A stretch of 63,951 nucleotides of DNA, filler included. It is 4 parts of 4 records of this genome, joined end to end, with 100 filler letters (N's around TTAATTAATTAA, not from the genome) between each part and the next. Parts side by side here need not be neighbours in the genome. Positions count along the whole stretch, not along the records: positions 33,702 to 58,781 come from SRR22947727_3434; 3 more parts are not named here. The stretch is one strand, 5' to 3'. The first letter of the stretch is position 1. Each line of letters starts with the position of its first letter. This document shows, piece after piece, positions 47,096 to 56,429 of this stretch. The notes below the pieces were generated by a model. The model ran no database searches. It had not been told where the DNA came from and saw only the letters and a list, made by a program, of their open reading frames with translations. Made by a program: the position numbers and the translations under genes.

Positions 47096-48523
47096 TTACA
47101 AGATCGTTCTTTCACCCGTCGTACTGTTACCAGCATTGATAGGCGTTTGGTTAAAGTAGTAACCGCCCAGTGCACGGTCATCTTCATTAACATCAGTATA
47201 ATGAAAATTGACAACAAGTCCACCAGAAGTTTCTGGGGTGGTTACAAATTGGTCGGCTAACATTACAGAGTTTATAGTTTCAGCCGCTCCTATGACGCCC
47301 GTGTTAGGGACGAAATATTCTGTAGAAGAGATGGTGTATGAGTACGGACGGAAAATAAAGTCCGTCTGGCCATCTTGAATGTTGACGTAATCTGGGTACA
47401 CATACTCAGAATCGCCGAGTGTTAATAGTGTAGCTACGCTTTCTGTAGCCGTAACAGCGTCGGATTGTGGTGGTCGTATATCATGTACTATAGCCTCGGT
47501 TGCAGTAACAGCGTCAGCCGCTGGTATACTAGGCTCAAGTTTAATACCTTCCACAGCTGTAAAAGAATCAGCTAGTATACTACCAGGTTCTAGAGCTATA
47601 GCCTCTACTACAGAGGTTGTATCATTATCGGCTAGCTCCCCTACCGTAACTTCCTTAGCGTCCGTCTCAGTAGCTGTAGCGGTATCAGTAGCCCCTTTGT
47701 CAAAATCAAAGTCGTTAATAGCATCCGTAGCAGTAACTGGATCTGGGTCTACGTCAGCGTCAGATAAATCAAAATCTACATTCGAGGTAAATGTTTTAAG
47801 GTTGGACTGCGCCGCTGTAACTGAATCAGCCGCAGGTAATGTAACTTCGTTCTCTAGCGCCTCAGTGACTGACACGGTGTCAGCTAATACCTTATCTACT
47901 TCAAAATCGTCAACAGCCTCAGAAGCTGTGACTGTATCGTCATAGGCAGGCTGTATTTGCCTAGTCGAAACTTCCGCCGCAGTTACTGCGTCAGTCTTGG
48001 GTATATTAGGTTGGTTAGAGATAGCCTCAGTAATAGATACATCGTCGTTATCAGCCAGTTCTGCAACTGTTACTTCTTTAGCGTCAGCCTCAGTAATACT
48101 TACAGGTTCAAAATCTACCGCAGGGGTAGACGGATCAAAATCAACTATATCATCAAAACTTATGACAATCTGTGCGTCGGTAACAGTAACCGTTTCTGCA
48201 AACACTGGCTGCGCATCAAACACAGGGTCTGCGTCAGTAGGTAGCGCAACATCATCGGGTTCTTCCTTGAGTACATCTAGTGCTTTTGTTAGTTGAGCAG
48301 CAAACCCTCCCGCTGCGTCTTCGCCATCCCCCATAAACACAGCCTCAGAGACAAGATTAGTTTGCTCTAATACTAATGGGCGTGCTGCTGGGCTGAATAT
48401 TAATTTTGGAGATGCGACAGCTACTGCTTCTATATAACTAGGGCGTGCTACTGCAACGCTGATATCGCTTACAACAGCGGCAGCGCCGATAGATAATACA
48501 GTTACACTAAGCCCTATCTTCAT
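47096..48523 (-). CDS. Acidic repeat-rich phage structural protein
   Basis: Many D-x-V-T-A-T-[ED]-like repeats. Confidence 0.75.
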   Translation of the reverse strand: MKIGLSVTVLSIGAAAVVSDISVAVARPSYIEAVAVASPKLIFSPAARPLVLEQTNLVSEAVFMGDGEDAAGGFAAQLTKALDVLKEEPDDVALPTDADPVFDAQPVFAETVTVTDAQIVISFDDIVDFDPSTPAVDFEPVSITEADAKEVTVAELADNDDVSITEAISNQPNIPKTDAVTAAEVSTRQIQPAYDDTVTASEAVDDFEVDKVLADTVSVTEALENEVTLPAADSVTAAQSNLKTFTSNVDFDLSDADVDPDPVTATDAINDFDFDKGATDTATATETDAKEVTVGELADNDTTSVVEAIALEPGSILADSFTAVEGIKLEPSIPAADAVTATEAIVHDIRPPQSDAVTATESVATLLTLGDSEYVYPDYVNIQDGQTDFIFRPYSYTISSTEYFVPNTGVIGAAETINSVMLADQFVTTPETSGGLVVNFHYTDVNEDDRALGGYYFNQTPINAGNSTTGERTIL

Positions 48524-48861
48524 GTCAGATTATCTCTAACCCTGAAACTCAATGTTTCATAAACAGTCTGTGTGCCAGCGCCTGATGTTGTTACAACAAC
48601 CTCGCCCTCATACTGACCAGGGTCTATACCATCGAGTACACCGCCGGAGAAATCAAATTGAACTTTACCATCTGTACCTGTGTTAACTAGGCTACAGCTA
48701 ATCGTGCTAAGTAAAGTGCTAGTGTTGGCTTTACGAAAACGAACAGATACAGTCACAGATGCCGGTGATAAGTCATACGGGCTATCAGTAGACTCATCAG
48801 TAAGCGTGAGAATGATTACTGGTTTAGTGTCACCTTTAACAAGTCTAATTGTATCTGCCAT
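48520..48861 (-). CDS. BppU N-terminal-like Ig-fold phage protein
   Basis: KGDTKP, YDLS, GKVQF, GQYEGEVVV. Confidence 0.65.
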   Translation of the reverse strand: MADTIRLVKGDTKPVIILTLTDESTDSPYDLSPASVTVSVRFRKANTSTLLSTISCSLVNTGTDGKVQFDFSGGVLDGIDPGQYEGEVVVTTSGAGTQTVYETLSFRVRDNLT

Positions 48862-48869
48862 ATTTCACC

Positions 48870-49523
48870 TCACGCAAATCTTTGGTTCTGTACACGCATA
48901 GAGCCTCTGCCTGTACCTAAGTTAGCTCTAGCCCTGCGCTCTGATAGTTTATAGGCAAACTGCTTTGCGTGGTATGACGCTAGCTCTCTATCACTCCATG
49001 TGCGATCTGGTAATACCAAAAGATGCTGCAACGCTCCGTGCATAATTACATTTTCTAAATCATCTAAAGCTGTTTTATCCATCTCTTCTGCTGTGCGTAG
49101 AGGCTTAAGAGCTACAATCATACGCACATCATAAACAACATTAGCGTCTGGGACTGGTGCCACAGCAAAATGATCTGGGTCTATAGATGTTATATACCTA
49201 GGAGTAGAGTGCTCATCTGACGACACATATGGCCACTTGGGGTATATATCGTGCAGCTGCTCTAAAGAAACTGGGGTTAATTTTTCCCCGTTTACTGTAG
49301 CAGTTAAGATGGCATGCACCTCAGAAAAATCTGGTGGGTCATACGCATAATCATGTCCGCCTGGGTTAAGTCGTATCTGAGGCTGCTCATAGCGCCACGC
49401 TAGGGTGCGCTCACACGCCTCTATGGCTGCATCCCGTACATACTGCTCTACAATTACGTTAGGGGCACCAGGGACGCTTGGAGCGAGCCTAGTGACGATT
49501 TCTCTAAAAGCACGGTTTGGCAT
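48870..49523 (-). CDS. Head-tail adaptor-like protein
   Basis: DAAIEACERTLAWR pattern; size and position. Confidence 0.65.
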   Translation of the reverse strand: MPNRAFREIVTRLAPSVPGAPNVIVEQYVRDAAIEACERTLAWRYEQPQIRLNPGGHDYAYDPPDFSEVHAILTATVNGEKLTPVSLEQLHDIYPKWPYVSSDEHSTPRYITSIDPDHFAVAPVPDANVVYDVRMIVALKPLRTAEEMDKTALDDLENVIMHGALQHLLVLPDRTWSDRELASYHAKQFAYKLSERRARANLGTGRGSMRVQNQRFA

Positions 49524-50167
49524 TATACAACATCCTCCTCTTGCAATCCGCCACGCTCAGGATCAGTAATCGAGCGAGACTGTGCGGCAACACCTAAGGA
49601 CTGAGTAAAGGATTGCTGGAACAACTGTGCACGTTGAGAGTTTACATGCTCGTTATCAACAGACTCTGCTAAAAACACTGTAGCATCAACTACTGCAGGA
49701 AAATAGGCATCCGGCAGTAAAGCAACAGTTTGAGTGCCTGTATATACAGCAGGAGTCTTAGAATACTCACCTATCAGAATCTGATTGACAGGAGCTTTAG
49801 GGTATATAAAAAATTTATTGGGGTTACGAACATGCCGCATAAAGTTTACAGCAGGCCCTGCAGTGTCGTTCATCCATGTTGGGTACGCTTGATCCAAAGC
49901 CTCACGGTTTGTTTCAATAATACCATCTCCGTCTTTTACAGAGTAGATTTCAATCAGGCGTATAGAATCGTTTGGGGCAGACTGTACAACAGAACCATCC
50001 GTGCAAGGTATTTCTTCGATGGAAGCAAAAAGATCAGGGCGCAACATAGCTATACGTTTTAGAGCTTGGTTAGCAAAGCCCAACAATACATCATCACTAT
50101 AACGATACGGTATATTCGTATCCTGTATGATACGCCTAACCTCTATGATTACATCATCTAAGATCAT
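49523..50167 (-). CDS. Head-tail adaptor-like protein
   Basis: RYSDDVLLGFAN...RPDLF...FFIYP; position after the capsid module. Confidence 0.65.
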   Translation of the reverse strand: MILDDVIIEVRRIIQDTNIPYRYSDDVLLGFANQALKRIAMLRPDLFASIEEIPCTDGSVVQSAPNDSIRLIEIYSVKDGDGIIETNREALDQAYPTWMNDTAGPAVNFMRHVRNPNKFFIYPKAPVNQILIGEYSKTPAVYTGTQTVALLPDAYFPAVVDATVFLAESVDNEHVNSQRAQLFQQSFTQSLGVAAQSRSITDPERGGLQEEDVV

Positions 50168-50475
50168 TCTTTAGCCCACGCTTCGTTTTCTGGTGTGTCT
50201 GGATCATCAGACATAAAATGCCCGTTATCATCACGCGCACGAACCAATCCTCTAGTTGCTTCATCTGCAAGCTCTGGCGGAGTAGTATCTGGTTCCTCAG
50301 GCACTTCAGTTTCCAAAGCTACGTTAGACTTGCGCCCTTTTTGTTTCTTCGGGATAAATTTCTCTGGGAACGCCTGCTCCTCAGTAACTTCTACAGTCTT
50401 AGGGTTATCGGCTAGGATCTCGTCCCACTCGTAAATTTCACCATCAACTGTATTCTTAAGCCATCGTCCACTCAT
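50164..50475 (-). CDS. Acidic phage hypothetical protein
   Basis: RBS AAGGAG; C-terminal RARDDNGHFMSDDPDTPENEAW. Confidence 0.75.
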   Translation of the reverse strand: MSGRWLKNTVDGEIYEWDEILADNPKTVEVTEEQAFPEKFIPKKQKGRKSNVALETEVPEEPDTTPPELADEATRGLVRARDDNGHFMSDDPDTPENEAWAKE

Positions 50476-50485
50476 AATAGTCTCC

Positions 50486-50722
50486 TTACGTTTTCCAGTT
50501 CACTCGTTTAGACGAGCCTTTTTTCTTCATTGCGGCCTTCGCTGCTGCAGTTTTACACTGCGCCATAGTCGGGCGGCACGCAGGGTATCCCCTCTTACTA
50601 TCACTTTTTGACCCACTTCGTCCACAAGGTTTACCTGTCTTGCAGTCAACCCAGCCTTTGCCGTCGTTCTGGCCAAACCATTTTCGTAGGGATGCACCCT
50701 CCTTACTTTTTCTTACTGCCAC
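50486..50722 (-). CDS. Basic Cys-containing small protein
   Basis: LRKWF...WVDCKTGKPCGR...YPACRP; likely GTG start at 50722. Confidence 0.75.
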   Translation of the reverse strand: MAVRKSKEGASLRKWFGQNDGKGWVDCKTGKPCGRSGSKSDSKRGYPACRPTMAQCKTAAAKAAMKKKGSSKRVNWKT

Positions 50723-50864
50723 TTTTATTACCCCAGTTTGCGGCACCTACTTTTCTACATTTAGCCAAAGCGCCCGATGCGTACGCGCTGGGCCAAACTG
50801 AGTAGCGGGCCTTTACTTTATAATAACAAGCGTCTTTTTTAGCTTTTGCTTTTGGAGCTGCCAT
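50703..50864 (-). CDS. 53-aa basic Cys-containing microprotein (absent from the ORF track)
   Basis: MAAPKAKAKKDACYYKVKARYSVWPSAYASGALAKCRKVGAANWGNKSGSKKK. Confidence 0.8.
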   Translation of the reverse strand: MAAPKAKAKKDACYYKVKARYSVWPSAYASGALAKCRKVGAANWGNKSGSKKK

Positions 50865-50868
50865 CTTA

Positions 50869-51117
50869 TCACCACTTTTTACAAGACCAGTAGCGGGCGG
50901 TCATCTTCGAAGGGGGTCTGCTATCGCATCCATGCCTCGCACGAAAATTTTTGCGCCGTCCTGGCTGATCTTTTTTAATAGTCATATTAGCATCGCCGAA
51001 GCGAATAATTTTTTCTTTACCATTTTGACACGCTTTAACCACAAATTTTTTACCACCGGAAACCTGACGTTTCGGTTTGTTACAAGCCATCTTGGACTTA
51101 TCAATCTGCTTAGCCAT
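50869..51117 (-). CDS. Basic Cys-containing small protein
   Basis: KKFVVKAC...IRFGD...RRKNFRARHGC...ARYWSCKKW; RBS AGGAGG. Confidence 0.82.
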   Translation of the reverse strand: MAKQIDKSKMACNKPKRQVSGGKKFVVKACQNGKEKIIRFGDANMTIKKDQPGRRKNFRARHGCDSRPPSKMTARYWSCKKW

Positions 51118-51132
51118 ATGCGCCTCCTAGGT

Positions 51133-51154
51133 AGAGAAGGGGGCCGAAGCCCCC
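51133..51154 (-). terminator. Terminator after the capsid genes
   Basis: GGGGGC-TTCG-GCCCCC hairpin (cUUCGg tetraloop) followed by TTCTCT. Confidence 0.78.
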
Positions 51155-51167
51155 AACTCACTTTAGT

Positions 51168-51623
51168 TTACGAACAATCAACCATCACAGCTGTAAGTTT
51201 CATAACTGCTGTATCAGCGGCGTTGACTGTAACAACGTCGATTGTATCAGCAGCAGTGTAATACTTACCCTGCTCAAAGGCGTCAGTTCCGGCGACAGAG
51301 ATATATGCTGCAGCAGCATTACCATTTACGCCGTCAAGGTAGCCATCTGGGTTATCGCCATCACCAACATCAAGTGTAAGTGTTCCGCCCTCAGCAGTAG
51401 TAACCTCAAGTGCCACATGAGTGACCAGAGTTTTTGCTGGAACTTTAATAACTTCCAAGATGTCAGCTGAAGTCAATGCAGTCAAACCAGCTGCGGCGCG
51501 AGCCGTAGTGATTGCTGCAAAGTCCAGATCTACAGTTATGGATGAAACTCGGTTAATACCTGCAGCTACGTGCGCGGCACCAGTACCTAAGTTATATCCT
51601 TTACCATCGTTATAAGTAGCCAT
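51168..51623 (-). CDS. Capsid decoration/cement-like protein
   Basis: Directly after the MCP; LDVGD...DGYLDG, YYTAADTIDV; ATG start at 51623. Confidence 0.7.
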   Translation of the reverse strand: MATYNDGKGYNLGTGAAHVAAGINRVSSITVDLDFAAITTARAAAGLTALTSADILEVIKVPAKTLVTHVALEVTTAEGGTLTLDVGDGDNPDGYLDGVNGNAAAAYISVAGTDAFEQGKYYTAADTIDVVTVNAADTAVMKLTAVMVDCS

Positions 51624-51638
51624 TATCAAGCCCTCCTA

Positions 51639-52547
51639 TCAAAGCGTTATAATAGCGGTTGAGAGCGCTTCAGGCTTCACCACTTGGTAACCATATACTT
51701 GCAGGCCACGAATGATGTTACCAAAAGTTGTCTCAGACCGGATGGTTTCCATGTTTGTCATCTGTGATGCAAACGTAAAGCCCATCTTGTGACCACCAAT
51801 TACGCTGAACTCACCGCCTGAAGTTTTCTTCAGATTATGAGAAACGTAAAGGGTGAAACGATCAATCATGCCGAGGCGACCATTCCGTAGAGGAGATGAT
51901 CCATCACCAGTGATAGATGCGTCTTTAAGGTCAGACTGCTTGATATAGCCAGCCATCTTAGCAGGGATAACCATGAAGCGATCCTGCTCAGGAGCATTAG
52001 CTTCGTCAAGTACGGTACCCATGTTGATGATGGTATCAATGACGTTAGAGCTTGTGATAGCAATGGGCGAAGCTGCTACACCCAAGTTGATGTCGCCAGA
52101 GATGCGGCCAGCTGTTGCGCCTTTGTTAAGTGCGCTAACGTCAGGCAACAGGTCTGTCAGAACACGCTGGTCAATCTTGATCTTCATACGCTCGGAAGCG
52201 TCTTTAGACCACTGATCCATCAATGCGATGTCAGACTGAACCTGATCAACGTCGTCTTCAACACAAGCGAAGTATTCGCCCTTGTCAATTACGAGCTGCA
52301 GCTTCGCTTTGTCAGGGTTTTCGACTGAAAGAGTCTGGCCCTTAACGTAGGTTTTGATGGTGATTTCTGGGGTGGAACGGATGTTAACCGTGTCACCCAT
52401 GTTGCGGATTTCACCTTCGTAGTCAGTGTTAGAGATTGCGGATAGGACAGTCGCATCGTAGAAATTCTCGATGAGTTTGCCCGACCAAATCTCGGGGATA
52501 AAGTTGCCCGTGTAGTCCGGACGACCTGAAGATACTGCAAAAGCCAT
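51639..52547 (-). CDS. Major capsid protein
   Basis: NFIPEIWS, YEGEI, GDTVNI, RGLQVYG; strong RBS; follows the scaffold gene. Confidence 0.9.
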   Translation of the reverse strand: MAFAVSSGRPDYTGNFIPEIWSGKLIENFYDATVLSAISNTDYEGEIRNMGDTVNIRSTPEITIKTYVKGQTLSVENPDKAKLQLVIDKGEYFACVEDDVDQVQSDIALMDQWSKDASERMKIKIDQRVLTDLLPDVSALNKGATAGRISGDINLGVAASPIAITSSNVIDTIINMGTVLDEANAPEQDRFMVIPAKMAGYIKQSDLKDASITGDGSSPLRNGRLGMIDRFTLYVSHNLKKTSGGEFSVIGGHKMGFTFASQMTNMETIRSETTFGNIIRGLQVYGYQVVKPEALSTAIITL

Positions 52548-52563
52548 GTTAGCCTCCTATAAG

Positions 52564-53571
52564 TTATGCAGTGACAATTCGACCTTCTCTCTGTGCTGAG
52601 AAAATGTCGCGTTCTATTCGGCCACGTTCTTCTTCCCGACCTTTGTACTTACCTTTACGCACAGCATCAAAGAAACCCTCGATATCTGCTGGTGAGTATG
52701 TTTGGCCTTCAGATGGCATAGTATTAGTCCCTGAGCGACCTCGCCCTGGGGATACCTGCTTCTCTAATTGGTTAGAAGGAACCTTCCGATTGGTTTGAGC
52801 AACTGGTGTACCGTTAGCCTCTTGCCATGCCCTAAAGAACTGCGCCACACGGTTAGAATCTAGATTCTGCTGGGCATCTTCTAGATATGTCTGGCGAGAA
52901 ATACCTGTAAGTGGGTCAACATCTAACAGCCAAGATTGAAAATCTCCGTTGTTATTGATGTCCTGCCATTCAGGTACAATAGTGGAAAGTCTAGCCCAAA
53001 ACGTCTGAGTTGCTGATTCGGCCTGTGCGTGTGAGATCTGATTCATCTGCGGTACCACGCTGGTCTGCATCTGCATTACCTGTTGCTCTAGCTGAGACAC
53101 ACGATTATTGGCTTGCGCCACTTCTTCTCGTGCTGCACGCCGCATAACATCAATAGAATCGCCGTACTCCTGAACATCCTTATCTGTAATCAACGGATCG
53201 CTAGATACAGGTTGCGCAGCAGGCTGGTTATTCAATGAGCTAAGTAGCTGCTCCATTTGAGTAACACGGGATGATAACTCTCGGTTCTCCGCTTTCATAC
53301 GAGGAACTTCTGCATTATACATACCCTGCAGTGTTTTGTACTTTTGTTCCCAAGAATCCTTGGTTTGGTTGTCTGACTCACCGTGCTCTTTGGCTACAGA
53401 CTGAGGTGCTTGTTCTTCTACACTGTCGGCTACAACTTCCCGTACAGGCGACCCACCGTCGTTAGCTGCGGCCTCGGGTGCATCACCCTGTGCCTCAACC
53501 TCTCCGTTAAGTTCCTTGTATAGTTCTTGTACTGCCTCAGATTGCATTTGAACTTGCTTTGGTATTGCCAT
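52564..53571 (-). CDS. Capsid scaffolding protein
   Basis: Acidic, coiled coil, WEQKYKTLQGMY; between portal and MCP. Confidence 0.78.
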   Translation of the reverse strand: MAIPKQVQMQSEAVQELYKELNGEVEAQGDAPEAAANDGGSPVREVVADSVEEQAPQSVAKEHGESDNQTKDSWEQKYKTLQGMYNAEVPRMKAENRELSSRVTQMEQLLSSLNNQPAAQPVSSDPLITDKDVQEYGDSIDVMRRAAREEVAQANNRVSQLEQQVMQMQTSVVPQMNQISHAQAESATQTFWARLSTIVPEWQDINNNGDFQSWLLDVDPLTGISRQTYLEDAQQNLDSNRVAQFFRAWQEANGTPVAQTNRKVPSNQLEKQVSPGRGRSGTNTMPSEGQTYSPADIEGFFDAVRKGKYKGREEERGRIERDIFSAQREGRIVTA

Positions 53572-53611
53572 GTTGGACGCTCCTATCGGTGTGCGTAATT
53601 ATCAGCTGTCA

Positions 53612-53830
53612 TTATGACTTTGCCGCTATTTCAGGGGACTCATTCACGAACTTAGAAAGCTCTGTAAGAACCTGACACCGCCCCTGTGCGAGTGCCACGC
53701 TCTGTGATGCGACGCTAGGTAGCTGCTCTAACTCGTGCTGACGCCATTCCGCTAGCCATGTAGCTAATGCCGGATATTGCCGTACAGACGCGGCTAGTGC
53801 CTTAGTAACTTCAGGAGTAGGCCGGATCAT
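53612..53830 (-). CDS. Small post-portal phage protein
   Basis: 72 aa helical, AQGRCQVL; ATGA coupling to the portal stop. Confidence 0.72.
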   Translation of the reverse strand: MIRPTPEVTKALAASVRQYPALATWLAEWRQHELEQLPSVASQSVALAQGRCQVLTELSKFVNESPEIAAKS

Positions 53831-55875
53831 CCTGCTGCTCCTGTGTCGCGGTTACTAACTGTGTTTGCATCCTGCCCGCCCTTAGGGGTTCCGTCAGGCA
53901 ACGTCGGTGTGCCGCCGCCAGCAGACTGTTCGGCCTTAGCGGCCTCCAACTGCATTTTAGCTGACATCCGATTCATGTAGCCTTCCTTCTCCCTAGACGG
54001 GATGATGTCGTCCACAGGCATTTGCAACCCTTTAGCCACTTCACGAAGAATCGCTGAGCGGCCTTCTTTACCAACGATTTCCATGTCGATCTCGTTGGCG
54101 GTTGCGTTAAGAAATTCAAGACGGCGAATGTTAACAGTCTCTTTAACTGCAAGGTTGATCGAGCCTTTAGGCATGATCTCAACATCACCTTTAATAGTTT
54201 CATCTTCGTCATACCGCATATTATAAACAAACTGGCGGTGTACGATTGGTTTGATTACATCACTGTCGATGTGCATGACAACTTGGCGGATACCTTTACC
54301 GGCTGCGCCCATAAGCATAGACAGGCCAGACGAAGTACGTCCCGCCCCCTGGACGTTAAGGTCGCCATACACATAGGAAGGTATTCCTGAATGATCGTCA
54401 GCTAGCTTACTAAACTTATCATATACGCCCAGTAGCGTGTTTGCGTTGTCATCGGGCTGTGTAAATCTAACTGCAGGTGCGCTTGACCCCAGCGGGTCAT
54501 TCATTACTTGCCAGATTTTCCACGGATGAAGTTGAGTGATGTCTTCATTCGGCGGGATACGCTCAAGATTAACCTCAACTTGAGGCCCACTAGAGATACC
54601 CATATTGTTAACCAAAGCACGCGCAGCCGCGTTGCAGACGCTCTGTATATCTTCAATAATTTCTGGTATGCCGCTGCCCCAGAATGCGCCAGGGCGCTTA
54701 ATAAACGATGTTTTAGCATAAGGCTTTTCCCCTAGTGGGTCGTAGTTAAGGATAGCCTTGATGACATAGTTACCCACAATCCAGACGTTAGCATCGTATT
54801 CACGGTGCTTATCTTCGATCTCTTCTTCATCAAGACCCCATTCAATAAGCATCTTGCCGGTTACTTTACCCCAAAACTCTAGGGCGTCGAATGTTTCGGT
54901 AGGCTTATTAAATGAGTGGAACTTGCGTTCTTCTTCGTCTTTAGTTAACTCAACATCTTCGTTAATCCAGCTTGAGCCGTTGCCAATGTCCAGTACCTTG
55001 CGTATAGCATCGTCGTCGTACCCAGGTACGCCAACAAGATCAGCTAGCTCTGTACGGCTTAGAGGGTGGTGTTCAAAGATATACCCCTCATTTACTGTAG
55101 AAATTCCTGGCTCTGGGTAAATCCTAAAGGGGTCAACCCGCTCAAACTCAGGAGCAATAACTTCAGTTGCTTCAACAATAGTCTTACCGTCAGCGCCTTT
55201 AGTCCAGCCTAGCCTACGCTGTCTGCGAACAACTGGCCCTTTAACAAAAGCACATGGGTAAGTTACTAAATCAGTAATAAATTCATTAAACGAATCAGCC
55301 CAGCCGCCTTGTGCAAACTGGTCTGCAATCTTAATAGTCATCTTCTGAGCGCGATTATCTGCAGCTTCAAGCAGCTTAAATCTGTACTCTTGGCCTACCA
55401 TCTCTTTTAGCTCGACCATTTCGTCGGCGTTTGGCGCTCTACCCTCGTTCTCAACAATACGTGTGACTACAGCTGCAAAAGCGTTTTGTAGTTCCATAGT
55501 CTGATCAGGAGATAAATCTGGGATAGGTGTAGGGTTTAGCCCCCAAGGAGGTGTTCCGGTATCAAGTAGGATATCACGAAGCCAGCTCTCTGCCGCACGG
55601 CATTTAACTTCTGTAACACCCATATAGATGTCAGAACCGCCCTGCTCGTGGATATCGCGTAATTTATCTGCTTCATACTCACCATTACGCTGCCGTAATC
55701 CGCGAAGCATAATATTTTCAATAGGTTTTTTAGCTTGTCGTGCTGCATCCCAGCAATGGCGTAGATGCCCTGTAAGGCCTAGAACCACAGAATCATTCTG
55801 GCGAGCAGCAAGTTCTTTGTCTAAAACTTCTTGCTCGCGCTTGCGTAACTCAGCATTTCCTATCACCTGCAGCAT
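53827..55875 (-). CDS. Portal protein
   Basis: 682 aa; RVDPFRIYP, FWGSGIPE, RTSSGLSMLM; between terL and scaffold. Confidence 0.88.
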   Translation of the reverse strand: MLQVIGNAELRKREQEVLDKELAARQNDSVVLGLTGHLRHCWDAARQAKKPIENIMLRGLRQRNGEYEADKLRDIHEQGGSDIYMGVTEVKCRAAESWLRDILLDTGTPPWGLNPTPIPDLSPDQTMELQNAFAAVVTRIVENEGRAPNADEMVELKEMVGQEYRFKLLEAADNRAQKMTIKIADQFAQGGWADSFNEFITDLVTYPCAFVKGPVVRRQRRLGWTKGADGKTIVEATEVIAPEFERVDPFRIYPEPGISTVNEGYIFEHHPLSRTELADLVGVPGYDDDAIRKVLDIGNGSSWINEDVELTKDEEERKFHSFNKPTETFDALEFWGKVTGKMLIEWGLDEEEIEDKHREYDANVWIVGNYVIKAILNYDPLGEKPYAKTSFIKRPGAFWGSGIPEIIEDIQSVCNAAARALVNNMGISSGPQVEVNLERIPPNEDITQLHPWKIWQVMNDPLGSSAPAVRFTQPDDNANTLLGVYDKFSKLADDHSGIPSYVYGDLNVQGAGRTSSGLSMLMGAAGKGIRQVVMHIDSDVIKPIVHRQFVYNMRYDEDETIKGDVEIMPKGSINLAVKETVNIRRLEFLNATANEIDMEIVGKEGRSAILREVAKGLQMPVDDIIPSREKEGYMNRMSAKMQLEAAKAEQSAGGGTPTLPDGTPKGGQDANTVSNRDTGAAG

Positions 55876-56429
55876 TAAACAAGCCCCTCATCGTCTTTAT
55901 TACTACGGAAAGTAGTCAAACCTTCAGCTGCTGTACCTACTAAGTTATTAAAACTTTTAGCAGCAACCTTAAGATTAGCTGTTGGGTTCATGTTTGTCAT
56001 AGTCTGCTGGCCTTTTTCAACCAGCGCTGCACGCTGTGCACCCACTTGTTGCATACGCTCAGCCTGCTTAGCAGCCCTGTTTGCAGCAGTAAAACCTTCG
56101 CCGCGTAGCTGACCAATTCGCACATTCGATACAGATTTACTTACTCTGTCCCCAGGAGCTTTAGCCCCTGCTACAATATATTCGTTTGTTTGACGTCGTC
56201 TGTAAGCTTCTTCGCGTTCATTAGCAAGTTTAGTTGCCGCATCTTTGAACTCAGAGCCAAAATACTCTACATCTCCAGGGCGCTCTAGGACTTTGGGCTT
56301 GCCAATCTTAAATTTTTTATCTGGGTCTACCCCAGTGCCAGGAGCCTTGGCGTAGTCTACCAGCTTTGAATCATAGGCTGTGTATTTAAGGCCGCGTCCG
56401 TCTTTGCGCGTGTCAATAATCTTCGCCAT
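55875..56429 (-). CDS. Phage hypothetical protein (basic)
   Basis: TAATG coupling at both ends. Confidence 0.72.
   Translation of the reverse strand: MAKIIDTRKDGRGLKYTAYDSKLVDYAKAPGTGVDPDKKFKIGKPKVLERPGDVEYFGSEFKDAATKLANEREEAYRRRQTNEYIVAGAKAPGDRVSKSVSNVRIGQLRGEGFTAANRAAKQAERMQQVGAQRAALVEKGQQTMTNMNPTANLKVAAKSFNNLVGTAAEGLTTFRSNKDDEGLV

Noticed and set aside
50703-50722. Programmed -1 frameshift fusing two basic microproteins
   Set aside because: The downstream ORF is in the +1 frame, and G AAA AAG is not a canonical slippery heptamer
51623-51641. Read-through fusion of the MCP with the in-frame decoration gene
   Set aside because: Two consecutive stops (TGA TAG), and the downstream gene has its own AGGAGG RBS
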